Below are positions 40,538 to 51,700 of a stretch of 64,000 nt of DNA, one piece after another. Numbering within the stretch: position 1 is the stretch's first letter; the number at the start of each line of letters is the position of its first letter. Origin of the DNA: Candidatus Oxydemutator sp. (GTDB lineage: Bacteria; Pseudomonadota; Gammaproteobacteria; Poriferisulfidales; Oxydemutatoraceae); NCBI GenBank assembly GCA_965203445.1, contig OZ241883.1:480001-544000 (forward strand). The letters are read 5' to 3'. The notes under the pieces are model-generated. The model saw nothing but the letters and a program-made list of their open reading frames with translations. It had not been told where the DNA came from and ran no database searches. A program made the translations under genes and the position numbers.

Positions 40538-41361
40538 GGCGCGGCGGCGCGGCGCTGGCGGCCGCGCTTTGCACCGCGGCCGCGACGCCGCCGCCGGCGG
40601 TGACGCTGGCCTCGACCACCTCGACCGACAACTCGGGTCTGTATGACCATCTGCTGCCGAAATTCACCGCCGCCACCGGCATCGCGGTGCGCGTGATCGC
40701 GGTCGGCACCGGGCGCGCGCTCAGCATCGGCAGGCGCGGCGACGCCGACGTATTGGTGGTGCACGACCCCGAGGCCGAGCGCGAGTTCGTCGCCGCGGGC
40801 CACGGAGTGGCGCGCGTGCCCTTCATGTACAACGACTTCGTCGTCGTCGGGCCGCGCGCCGACCCGGCCGGCGTGCGCGCCGCGGGCGACGTTTTGGACG
40901 GCCTGAGAATGATCGCGCAAGGCCGCTCGCCGTTCGTCTCGCGCGGCGACGACAGCGGCACGCACAAGAAGGAACTGCGCTTGTGGCGCGCCGCCGGCCT
41001 GGCGCCCGCCACGCCCGCCGCGGCCTGGTACCGCGAGGCCGGCGCCGGCATGGGCGCGGTGCTGAACCTCGCCAACGAACTGCCCGCCTATACGCTGACC
41101 GACCGCGCGACGTGGATCAGTTTTGAAAACCGCGACGCGCTGGTGCTGCTGATCGAAAACCAACCACCGCTCTACAATCCATACAGCGTCATCCGCGTCA
41201 ATCCGCGTCGCCATCCGTCGGTCAACCACGCCGGCGCCGAACGTTTCGCAAAGTGGCTGCGCTCTCCGCGCGCGCACGCCTTGATAGCCGATTACCGCGT
41301 GCGCGGCGTGCAACTGTTCCACCCGCTGGCGAGCGACGCCCCCTCGAGCGCGCCGCGCTGA
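40534..41361 (+). CDS. tupA: Tungstate-binding periplasmic protein
   Basis: ASTTSTDNSGL, GTGRAL, MYNDF, SRGDDSGTH and TDRATW. Confidence 0.92.
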   Translation: MRRGGAALAAALCTAAATPPPAVTLASTTSTDNSGLYDHLLPKFTAATGIAVRVIAVGTGRALSIGRRGDADVLVVHDPEAEREFVAAGHGVARVPFMYNDFVVVGPRADPAGVRAAGDVLDGLRMIAQGRSPFVSRGDDSGTHKKELRLWRAAGLAPATPAAAWYREAGAGMGAVLNLANELPAYTLTDRATWISFENRDALVLLIENQPPLYNPYSVIRVNPRRHPSVNHAGAERFAKWLRSPRAHALIADYRVRGVQLFHPLASDAPSSAPR

Positions 41362-41483
41362 GGCGCCCCGTCCCCGGTTATTGCCGCCCGTTTTTCACCA
41401 AGCTCCCGCTTTCGCGGCTGATTCCCGAACGGCTTTCGGCGCACGCGCCGCCGGCCGGCGCGACCTGGCGTACAATTCCCCCG

Positions 41484-42287
41484 ATGTTGTTCTTTCCGCT
41501 GTTCGACGACAACCCGACCGACCGGCGCCCTCTGGTGTCGTGGCTGATCATCGGCGCCTGCGTCGCGGTGTTCTTGTGGCAGGTCGCCCTGCCGCCCGGC
41601 GCCGCGCGCGCCGCGGTGCTCGCCTTCGGCGTGATCCCGGCGGTGCTGCTCGGCGACGCCGCGCCGCCGCTGGCGGGCGCGCTGCCGGCGTGGCTGACGG
41701 TGGTGTCGTCCATGTTTCTGCACGGCGGGTGGATGCACCTGATCGGCAACATGGTGTATCTGTGGATCTTCGGCGACAATGTCGAGGACAGCATGGGGCG
41801 CGGGAGATTCGTGCTGTTTTATCTCGTCTGCGGCCTGGCCGCGGCGCTGACCCAGGCGCTGGTGGATCCGACCTCGCGCGTGCCGCTGATCGGCGCCTCG
41901 GGCGGCATCGCCGGCGTGCTCGGCGCCTACCTGGTGCTGCATCCGCGCGCCAACGTGCGCGTGTTCATGTGGTTTTTCATCATCATCCAGACGATCAACG
42001 TGCCCGCCTTCCTGGTGCTCGGCGTGTGGATCGTGATGCAGCTGGTGAGCGTGCCGCAGGCGCTTTCGGCGGACGGCGGCGTCGCCTATTTCGCGCACGT
42101 CGGCGGCTTCGTCGCCGGCATGGCCCTGGTGCCGTTCTTCCGCCGCCGCGGCGTGCCGCTGTTGGACGCGCCGCACAGCCGCAGCTGGAGCCACGGCAAG
42201 GTCACCCGCGAAGAACTGACCTACACGGTGGCGAAGGACCGCACCCACCACCGCCCGCCACCCCGCATCCATAACGGCGGCGAGTAG
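41484..42287 (+). CDS. Rhomboid intramembrane serine protease
   Basis: MFLHGGWMHLIGNM, GASG and AHVGGF. Confidence 0.94.
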   Translation: MLFFPLFDDNPTDRRPLVSWLIIGACVAVFLWQVALPPGAARAAVLAFGVIPAVLLGDAAPPLAGALPAWLTVVSSMFLHGGWMHLIGNMVYLWIFGDNVEDSMGRGRFVLFYLVCGLAAALTQALVDPTSRVPLIGASGGIAGVLGAYLVLHPRANVRVFMWFFIIIQTINVPAFLVLGVWIVMQLVSVPQALSADGGVAYFAHVGGFVAGMALVPFFRRRGVPLLDAPHSRSWSHGKVTREELTYTVAKDRTHHRPPPRIHNGGE

Positions 42288-42355
42288 CCGGAGCGCGGGC
42301 CGGGTAAGCGTTCACCGATGCGCTGAACAACTTTCAGGCGCAGCGTCCCAACCAA

Positions 42356-42371
42356 TCCCGCGAAAGCGGGA
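42356..42371. terminator. GAAA-loop hairpin between convergent genes (REP-like or terminator)
   Basis: TCCCGC-GAAA-GCGGGA. Confidence 0.45.
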
Positions 42372-42412
42372 ACCCGGTGCGGCCATTCGCGCGCGTCCGC
42401 GCGGCCGCGCCT

Positions 42413-43423
<1,011 letters not shown>

Positions 43424-43613
43424 TTATAGGGGGATTCGCCGGTGCGACGGCGGACGGCTGAAACTTCGGATGCTTCTACCCGGGAAACCCCGGGGTTCAG
43501 GCCTGCCCGAACGCACGGTAGAATTGTCCGGACAAGGGGATACAGGAGGGATACAGGGGATATTCAGAGGGTATTCAGGCGCCCGGTTGTTGCCCGCCTA
43601 CGGCCTTGTCCGC

Positions 43614-43964
43614 CTACGGCCAGGGGATGAATTTATAGGCGCCCGCGAACAGAATCGCCGCCGTGATCAATCCGTAAAGCCAGCTGATTCTCTGCGCCTG
43701 CTTATCCACCCTCTCGGGCAACGCAACGAGAAGTTTCAGCAGTCCGCTTACCTCGGCCTGACTCGCATGTATCTCGGCAATGGCTTGTTCCATCCGCTTT
43801 TGCCCCTGCCCCAATTCAGAAATGTTCCCCTCGACGTGGGACATGCCCGCCCCCAGAACTTTTAGCTCGGCCTGGAGTGCGACGATGTCGGCCTGGATTT
43901 TGGGAATGGCCTTGATCTCGCTCTCAATGGCGGCAAGGCGGTCGTTGATTTCCTGGTTTTCCAT
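43614..43964 (-). CDS. Coiled-coil protein with C-terminal membrane anchor
   Basis: Heptad-like pattern followed by WLYGLITAAILFAGAY; TTGACA-16-TATTAT promoter at 43998-43971. Confidence 0.65.
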   Translation of the reverse strand: MENQEINDRLAAIESEIKAIPKIQADIVALQAELKVLGAGMSHVEGNISELGQGQKRMEQAIAEIHASQAEVSGLLKLLVALPERVDKQAQRISWLYGLITAAILFAGAYKFIPWP

Positions 43965-44003
43965 ATCGCAATAATACCACACGCGCCGCCGTTGTCAAAC
44001 TAT

Positions 44004-44837
44004 TGTATGAGGCCACCACATTCTGGACAAATGGGGTAGTTGTTTTTGGATGGCTAGTCACGGGGTGATATTCCCCAGGCTCCGGTGCGGGCGCTCGCCG
44101 TTGTAGCGTTCCAGATACCTGAACAACGCATCGTTGAAGGCATACAGATCATCAAATAATCTGTCTTCCCGGTAGTCCACGAACTCCTCCTGCACGGTTC
44201 TGTTGAAGCGCTCGCCCAGTGTTCATCTTTGGGCGTTCCTCTTCGGACAACGCGGGTAAGTGTAACAGTGTTCTATACCCGCACGCTTCAGGTATTCGTC
44301 GAACTCTCCCTGATACTCACTGCCATTGTCCGTCAGCACTTTCTCGATGCGCCCTGGAAACAAGGGTTCCCTTCGCAAGCCTTGGGCTTGCTTGCCTCTT
44401 CGCAACTCCGGATGAGGAGCGTTCAATGGCTGCGGCGCGACTGCTGGCGCGGCGACTGGCCAGCGCCAACGCAGGACGACACTTCGGGAACGCCCGTGGG
44501 GGCGTTCCCTTGCCTTGGGGCGCCATCAGGCGAGAGGGCGATCCCGCGCCGCACTCGAGGCGCATCCTACCTGCATTCGCGGTAGCGCTTGCGCCATGCA
44601 TACAGGGTGCTGCGCGAAACCCCGAAGGCGTCTTGGGTTGCAGGTAAGCCATGATTATCCCAGAATATCAGGGCGTCGTATTTGCGTTCGGCACTCGTTG
44701 CCATGATAGCCTCCATTTTGAAAGCGTAGGAAGCTATTTTACGCAACCCTGGGACGCGGTAGCCGACGTGCTTTATTTGCATGTCGGCTACCTTTCTGCG
44801 GCTAAGATATTGTCCAGAATGTTTCTGGCCCTATACA
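44004..44837 (-). mobile_element. Degenerate IS481-family element
   Basis: TGT...ACA ends with imperfect TIRs sharing ACATTCTGGACAA. Broken transposase: HTH GVSRSTLYAW, VLTDNGSEY, ERFNRT and YNGERPHRSL. Hairpin GGTAGCCGAC..GTCGGCTACC spans the start codon. Confidence 0.85.
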
Positions 44838-44878
44838 CTGGGGGGGCTACCGGGCGAATGAGAGTAGCCGAACTACAC
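44838..44878 (+). repeat. Left copy of ~41-bp inverted repeat
   Basis: Core CCGGGCGAATGAGAGTAGCCGAACT at 44850-44874 is the exact reverse complement of 54533-54557. Confidence 0.9.
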
Positions 44879-44994
44879 GGGACGGTTCAGCCGCCTTAGG
44901 GGAGAGGGTTCAGTGAAACGCGGATTAGTGTATATAATTTCCGTCGGTAAAATGAGCACCAAATTTTAATCATCATTTCCCAGAGCTACCTGTA

Positions 44995-47900
44995 ATGGCC
45001 GACAAACAAGCATTGCAAGCGCTGTTCGCCGACGCCTACGACCGCGACCGCTGGCTTAAGCAACTGCATGAGATTTTTGCCGGGCGCCTCGAAGTGTTTT
45101 CGGTGCCGCGCGCTTTACCGGCGAGAAAGGGCGAGGATGCGACCGACCGACAACCCGAAAGCCACCATCTCGGCAACCTCATCACCGGCGATGACAAAAA
45201 ACTGGGCGTCTATGAAATACGGGTGGGAACCAACGCCCGGCTTGCCCGCAACCGGGTGCAGCTGCGCAACCTCGTGGCGCGCCAAGTGCAGGCTGATACC
45301 CTGGACGGCGCCCTGGCCGTCTATCCCGATGACTACAACCGCTGGCGCTTCAGCTACATCGCCGTTACCAGAAAACTGGATGAGCAGGGCGCCATCACCA
45401 GAGAAGAAACCGCCCACAAGCGCTATACCTACTTGTTGGGCGAAGGCATGCAAACCCGCACCGCGGTGGAGCGCTTTGCCGACTTGCCGACGCCCCCCAC
45501 TCTCGAACAACTCGACTATGCCTTTGCGACGGAGCCGCTCAACAGGGAGTTCTACTCGAAACTCTATCATTGGTACGATCACGCCAAAGGCCAGGTAACC
45601 TTCCCCAACGATGAAAGCGTGGAGCAGGAAGTCCACAACGCCAACAGTCTCATTCGCCTGCTCACGCGCCTTTTGTTTGTCTGGTTCATGAAAGAGAAGG
45701 GGCTGGCCAACCCCGACCTGTTCGATCTCGGCCAGGTCAAGCAACGGATTGATTGGGAAAGACCGAGCGGCTACTACAAAGCCATCCTGCAAAACCTGTT
45801 TTTTGCCACCTTGAACCGCGAGATAAAAGACCGCCAGTTTCGCACCACCACCGACGGCAAAGCCAACGGCACCAACTATCAGATAACCAATCTCTACCGT
45901 TACCAGGACTATTTCAAAGACAGAAACAAAAAGAAAATTATCGAGCTGTTCGCCCAAACCCCGTTCCTGAACGGCGGCCTGTTCGAGTGCCTGGATCGGC
46001 AAGCCGACAAGGAAGAGATCGCCGCCTATGAACGGAACAAATCCATCCGCAAAGAGAGAAAAGAAAAACGGGCAATCCGCATGGACGGCTTTTCCGACCG
46101 CAAAGACAATGTGCTTTGCGTGCCCAACGACCTCTTTTTCAACGACGACGAGAACCAACCCGGCCTCATCAACGTGCTTTCCCAATACCAGTTCACGGTA
46201 GAGGAAAGCGCGCCTCTGGACGTCGAGGTGGCCCTCGATCCGGAGCTGCTGGGGCTGGTATTCGAGAACCTGCTGGCCGCGTATAACCCGGAAACCAAGG
46301 CAAGCGCGCGCGACGAGACCGGTTCCTACTACACCCCGCGCGAGGTCGTCGCCTACATGGTGGACGAAAGCCTCAAGGCCTACCTGGTGCAGGCCGTGCC
46401 GCCCGAGGACGGCGACGCCGTCTTCTACCGGGAGCGCCTGGATGATTTGTTCGGCGGGGCTTCCAGAACCGGCGAACTGAGCGAACTGGAAAAAGAGGAC
46501 GGAACGGCCTGTATCTACGAGCAGGAAATCCCACGCCTCATCGAGGCAATCAGCCGCATAAACATCCTCGACCCCGCCGTCGGCAGCGGCGCCTTCCCGA
46601 TGGGTGCATTGCAGCGCATGGTCAGTCTGCTGGCTATTCTGGACCCGGACAATGAACGCTGGAAAGAACAGCAACTCGCCCGACTGCCCGACCTGCAAAG
46701 CATAGAACAGGACCTCAAAACCGCCGGAAAAATCAGCGACCGCGAGGCGCGCCGCAAAGCCGAGGAAGAACTGCACAAGCGCAAGCGAGAAATCCAGACC
46801 CTGTTCGCCGGACAAGACCACGACTATCTGCGCAAACTGTATCTGATAGAAAACTGTCTGTTCGGCGTGGACATCCAGCCCATCGCCATTCAGATTGCCA
46901 AGCTGCGCTTCTTCATCTCGCTGGTGATCGAGCAAAAAGACCCGACTGCCGACAAGGATGACAACTACGGCATACTCGCATTGCCGAATCTGGAAACCAG
47001 ATTTGTCGTCGCCGATACCCTGATCGGGCTGAGCAAGCCCGAGCAATGCGCATTACGCTGCCTGGACATTGATGCCAAAGAAAAGCAACTACAGGAAGTC
47101 CGCCACAAACACTTCAACGCCAAGACCCTGAGAACAAAAAGAAAGTACCGCGAACAAGACGAACAGCTGCGCGGGGAGATTGCCGAACTGTTACGGGATG
47201 ACGGCTGGCAGGACGCCGACGCCGGCAAAATCGCCCACTGGAATCCCTACGATCAAAACGCCTCAGCCGCCTGGTTCGACCCCGAATGGATGTTCGGCGT
47301 CAAGGACGGCTTTGACGTGGTCATCGGCAACCCGCCCTATGTGCGGCAAGAGAACATCGGCCCCAAAAAACCGATTCTACTCGAACAATATGCCGACGCC
47401 GTCTCTGCCCGTTCAGACCTGTACTGCTACTTCTATGTCCGCGGCCTGCAACTGCTGCGCGATGGCGGAATGCACGTTTTCGTCTGCTCCAACAGCTGGC
47501 TGGACGTGGGCTACGGCGCGAAACTCCAGGAATATCTGCTGAAAGATACCCATGTACAAGCCATTTACGAAAGCGCCATTGAGCGGCAGTTTTCCACGGC
47601 GGACATCAATACCATCATCAGCGTCATTCGCAAGACGACCGGCGATGACGACGACGCCACCCGGTTCGTACATCTGCTGGAGTCTTTTGAAGCCGCCGTC
47701 GCCGAACGCGGCCGGCGTCGAGAAATCGTCAAAAGCCGGGCGGAACTGCTGACGGCGGGCACCAGCGAGCGCAAGTTTGTGGGCGACAAGTGGGGCGGCA
47801 AATACCTGCGTGCGCCGGACATCTATCACGCGATTCTGAACAAGTGCGCCAACAAACTGGTTCGCTTGGGCGATATTGCGACGGTCAGGTGTGGTATCAA

Positions 47901-48630
47901 GACCGGTGCCAACGACTTCTTTTATCTCACGCCGAAAGTCATTGCGAAATGGGGGATCGAGCCGAAGTTCTACCGACCGGTGATGACCAGCCCACAGGAA
48001 TCCCGCCGCATCGCCGTTAACCCGGCGAACCTGCGTCACCAACTGTTTATGTGCCCTGAGGACAAGGCGGCACTATCCGGCACGGGAGCATTGGCGTATA
48101 TCGAATGGGGCGAAAGGCAGGGCTACCACCGCCGGAGCAGCGTCGCCTCGCGGCGACGATGGTATGACTTGGGCGATAACCTTGATACTAAGCTGGCTTT
48201 GGGTTGTCGGGTGGACACGACAAGCCGTACACTGCTAGCAGTCGACGGCCTATGCTTTGACAAGGCATTTTACAAGATAGATAGCGGGAAGTTACCGACT
48301 GTGCAGACATGCGCGGTGCTGAACTCGACAATGACCCAACTGATGATTAACATAGAGGGGCGGGTAAATTTCGGTGGAGGTCTGTTGGAAATTATGGTCT
48401 ATGAAACGGCACATTTGGCTGTTTTGCACCCGTCGCTACTGCCAGTGCTGGATTCGGATCTATTCGCGTCATCGGATTGGGATGTGCTGACGCCATCACC
48501 GGAGCGTCGGCAAATTGACGACGCCGTGTTCGATGCGCTGGGGTTGACGGCAGGGGAGCGCGAGGCGGTATATACTGGCGTAACCGAGTTGGTCGAAAAC
48601 AGGAAACAACGAGCGCAGAGTGTCGGATGA
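44995..48630 (+). CDS. Type IIG (Eco57I-like) restriction-modification enzyme / N6-adenine MTase
   Basis: PFLNGGLF, TGSYYTPRE, LDPAVGSGAF, GVDIQP, IGNPPYV and C-terminal TRD; 1211 aa. Confidence 0.9.
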   Translation: MADKQALQALFADAYDRDRWLKQLHEIFAGRLEVFSVPRALPARKGEDATDRQPESHHLGNLITGDDKKLGVYEIRVGTNARLARNRVQLRNLVARQVQADTLDGALAVYPDDYNRWRFSYIAVTRKLDEQGAITREETAHKRYTYLLGEGMQTRTAVERFADLPTPPTLEQLDYAFATEPLNREFYSKLYHWYDHAKGQVTFPNDESVEQEVHNANSLIRLLTRLLFVWFMKEKGLANPDLFDLGQVKQRIDWERPSGYYKAILQNLFFATLNREIKDRQFRTTTDGKANGTNYQITNLYRYQDYFKDRNKKKIIELFAQTPFLNGGLFECLDRQADKEEIAAYERNKSIRKERKEKRAIRMDGFSDRKDNVLCVPNDLFFNDDENQPGLINVLSQYQFTVEESAPLDVEVALDPELLGLVFENLLAAYNPETKASARDETGSYYTPREVVAYMVDESLKAYLVQAVPPEDGDAVFYRERLDDLFGGASRTGELSELEKEDGTACIYEQEIPRLIEAISRINILDPAVGSGAFPMGALQRMVSLLAILDPDNERWKEQQLARLPDLQSIEQDLKTAGKISDREARRKAEEELHKRKREIQTLFAGQDHDYLRKLYLIENCLFGVDIQPIAIQIAKLRFFISLVIEQKDPTADKDDNYGILALPNLETRFVVADTLIGLSKPEQCALRCLDIDAKEKQLQEVRHKHFNAKTLRTKRKYREQDEQLRGEIAELLRDDGWQDADAGKIAHWNPYDQNASAAWFDPEWMFGVKDGFDVVIGNPPYVRQENIGPKKPILLEQYADAVSARSDLYCYFYVRGLQLLRDGGMHVFVCSNSWLDVGYGAKLQEYLLKDTHVQAIYESAIERQFSTADINTIISVIRKTTGDDDDATRFVHLLESFEAAVAERGRRREIVKSRAELLTAGTSERKFVGDKWGGKYLRAPDIYHAILNKCANKLVRLGDIATVRCGIKTGANDFFYLTPKVIAKWGIEPKFYRPVMTSPQESRRIAVNPANLRHQLFMCPEDKAALSGTGALAYIEWGERQGYHRRSSVASRRRWYDLGDNLDTKLALGCRVDTTSRTLLAVDGLCFDKAFYKIDSGKLPTVQTCAVLNSTMTQLMINIEGRVNFGGGLLEIMVYETAHLAVLHPSLLPVLDSDLFASSDWDVLTPSPERRQIDDAVFDALGLTAGEREAVYTGVTELVENRKQRAQSVG

Positions 48631-48783
48631 GACGGTAGCGGAAGGTATCTGGATCACGGATATGCAGATGAAGCGAAGGTCACAGATGGCACGAAGGAAA
48701 TGACAGATGTGGAGAGGTTGAATCCGTGCAATTCTTTGACCGCGCCAAGCCGTGATTCAGACAAGAAAACTGGAGGAGATACG

Positions 48784-51700
48784 ATGAATAATCAACAGAA
48801 TGAGCAGAGAGAGGCCTCCAGAACGGGAAGGTTCCCAAATAGTACCCACATCGTTCATGCCGCCAACCTTGAAGGATATGCAGATAGCATAAACAGCCAA
48901 ACCGTAATACCAGAGTTGATCTGCAAGCTTGTGAAGCTGTCTGTCTTCGAAGCCTCTGAGATCCGTATTCCCTACGGAGATGCAGTCAATCAAAGCGGTT
49001 GGGATGGGATTGTGGAGGCAGAATCGGCTTTTCTAGAGTTTGTTCCGGAGGGACGGTCGTATTGGGAGATTGGCACAGGGAAACATCCTCAGAACAAGGC
49101 GACCAGAGACTTTGAAAAGAGAACGCGGCAACTTTCCGCTGAGGACCGGGCTCGGAGTACCTTTGTTTTTGTAACACCTCGTTACGCTGGCTGGGGAGGG
49201 ACGAAACGGGAGGAGTTGCTGACGCGCGGAAAAGCTGAAGGCTGGAAAGATGTTCGCATTATTGATGGTGTCAAGCTCGCCGATTGGTTGCGGGAATTTC
49301 CCGCTGTGGGCAAGTGGATGGCGAAAAAGATGGGCTTGTTGGAAAAATTAGACGGAATTTCGACGCTGGGGGAGCATTGGAAAAATATCGTCTCTGTGAC
49401 TAACCCAGGCGATCCTCCTGTTCCACCGACACTATTCACTGAAGGGCGCAGCAATGCATGCAATGCGCTTCAGGCACTGTTTGAAGGCACCTCGCAAAAG
49501 TTGCGGTTGCTTGCAGAGGGCAAGCAGGATGTTGCCGATTTTGTTGCGGCTTACATCGGGACTCTTGATGAGGATACCGCACAGGATTACGCCAACCGAT
49601 GCCTCTGTATCGCTGAAGAAGACGCTTGGCGTATGGTTGTAGCAAGGCGGAAATCACACGTTCTGGTCGCTGATCCTCGGCTCAGTTCGGTGTTGTTGTA
49701 CGAGCAACCCGATCTCCTGACAAGCGCCATGCTAAAAGGACACGCGGTGATAGTTTCTCTTTGCGGTGCATATCCAGAAGGAGATCCTAAGATCATCAAA
49801 CTGCAAAGTCCGTCTCAGTCTCAGATGGAACAGATGCTGCAAGAGGCAGGTTACTCGATTGTGCGTGCGCGAGAACTAGCGGTCGATACAGGTGGCCGAC
49901 TGTCCGCTTTGCTCAGATCTTTACGTGAACTGGGAGCTGTGCCGCCCTATGCAACATGGGAAAACGTGAGACGCCTTGCACAAGCGGGACTCGCCGGAAA
50001 ATGGAATGGAAAAAATGTGGCGGATCGGAAAGCTTTGAAGAATTTGTCGGGGAAAAAATATGGGGAGTGGATCGAGGACTTGGCACACCGCACTGATCGC
50101 TCGGACTCTCCCCTGATGCAACGCAATGAAAAATGGCGATTCGTCGAGCGAGGGGAAGCATGGAGAGCGTTGGGGTACAAAATAAGGGATGAAGACCTTG
50201 AACGGCTCGAAGAGACCGCCGTTGCGGTTTTAGGGGAAAGGGATCCAAAGTTTGACTTGCCCAAAGAAGAACGATTCATGGCAAACATTCACGGCAAAGA
50301 ATTGAAACATTCCCGTATGCTCCGAGAAGGCATGGCGGAAACACTCGCGCTTGTTGGCAGTCGCCCAGAAGCACTTTCCAAATGTTCGTTGCATAAAGCC
50401 GAATACACGGCTGTTTGTACCGTCCGACGACTTTTGGAGAATGCTGAATGGGACCGCTGGGCCAGTTTGAATTCGCTGTTGCCACTTCTGGCTGAAGCGG
50501 CTCCCGATGAGTTTCTCGACGCCGTCGAGTCGGCATTGGAAGATTTGGCCCAATCTCCATTTCATGAAGTTTTTGCCCAAGAAGGTAGTGGCATGGGAGG
50601 GTGGAACTACATGAGTGGCCTGTTGTGGGCTTTGGAAACCCTTGCCTGGCATCCTGATTTCCTTTCGCGGGTAACCGGGATTCTATCCGATCTTGCTTCG
50701 ATTGATCCCGGAGGGAAGTGGGTAAATCGGCCGTTAAATTCCCTCATTGATATTTTCCTGCCTTGGCATGTGCAGACAAATGCCTCGCTCGAGAAACGAA
50801 AGGCGGCTGTCAAAAACGTGCTCCGAGAGCAACCGAAAACAGGTTGGCAGTTGATTATCGGTCTATTGCCACACACTCACGGTTCCACTTCTGGATGCCA
50901 TCAACCGACTTGGCGAGACTACATTCCGAGAGACTGGAAGGATGGAGTCTCGGCATTAGAGCATTGGGAACAGATAACGACATACGCCGGGATGGCAATA
51001 GAACTCGCAAAGACGTGCACTGAGAAATTGGGCGAGTTAATCAACCATATGTCCGATTTGCCCAATCCGGCACTCGAGAATCTTCTGGAACACATGGCCT
51101 CAAAAGAGATTATGGCTTTCCCCGAGGCTGATCGCGTTTTAATCTGGGAAAAATTAGATGGTTTAGTGCGCCGACACCGAAAATTTGCGGATGCCAGATG
51201 GGCAATGCCTGAAGGTACAATTTCAAAAATTGAGATTGTGGCAAACACCCTGGCACCCGAGGCTCCAGTATTGAAATATCGTTATCTGTTTAATGGTCGA
51301 GATGCGGACCTTTTTCCTGATAAGGGAAATTACGAGGAACAGCGAAAACACCTTGATAAAGTTCGGCAGGATGCTGTGCAGGAGATTTTTGATACGGGAG
51401 GCGTGTCTGCTGTACTGGATTTCGCTCAGAGTGTTTCTATGCCTGGCAATGTCGGATATGCTTTGGGTGAGATCGTAAGTGAAGATATTGAGACGGAAAT
51501 TCTCCCGTCTCTGCTTGATACTGAAGACGAAACTGAGGAATGGGTTGTATCCGGATTTGTTCAGGGGCGATTCCAGAAATCGAGTTGGACCTGGGTTGAT
51601 CAGGTTCTCGGGAACTCCTGGAACGACACCCGGAAAAGTGCGTTCCTGACTTTGCTTCCATTTGAGGAGGATGTCTGGAGGCGAGTAGAGAAACACCTCG

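Noticed and set aside
43442-43449. GTGCGACG resembling a group II intron 5' end
   Set aside because: A short motif expected by chance; no RT/maturase or proper DV/DVI.
44845-44890. GGCGAAUG as HDV-like ribozyme J4/2, or AGCCG...ACGGTTC as group II intron domain V
   Set aside because: No upstream P2 complement or P1/P3 pseudoknot, and the DV-like hairpin is about 10 nt too short.
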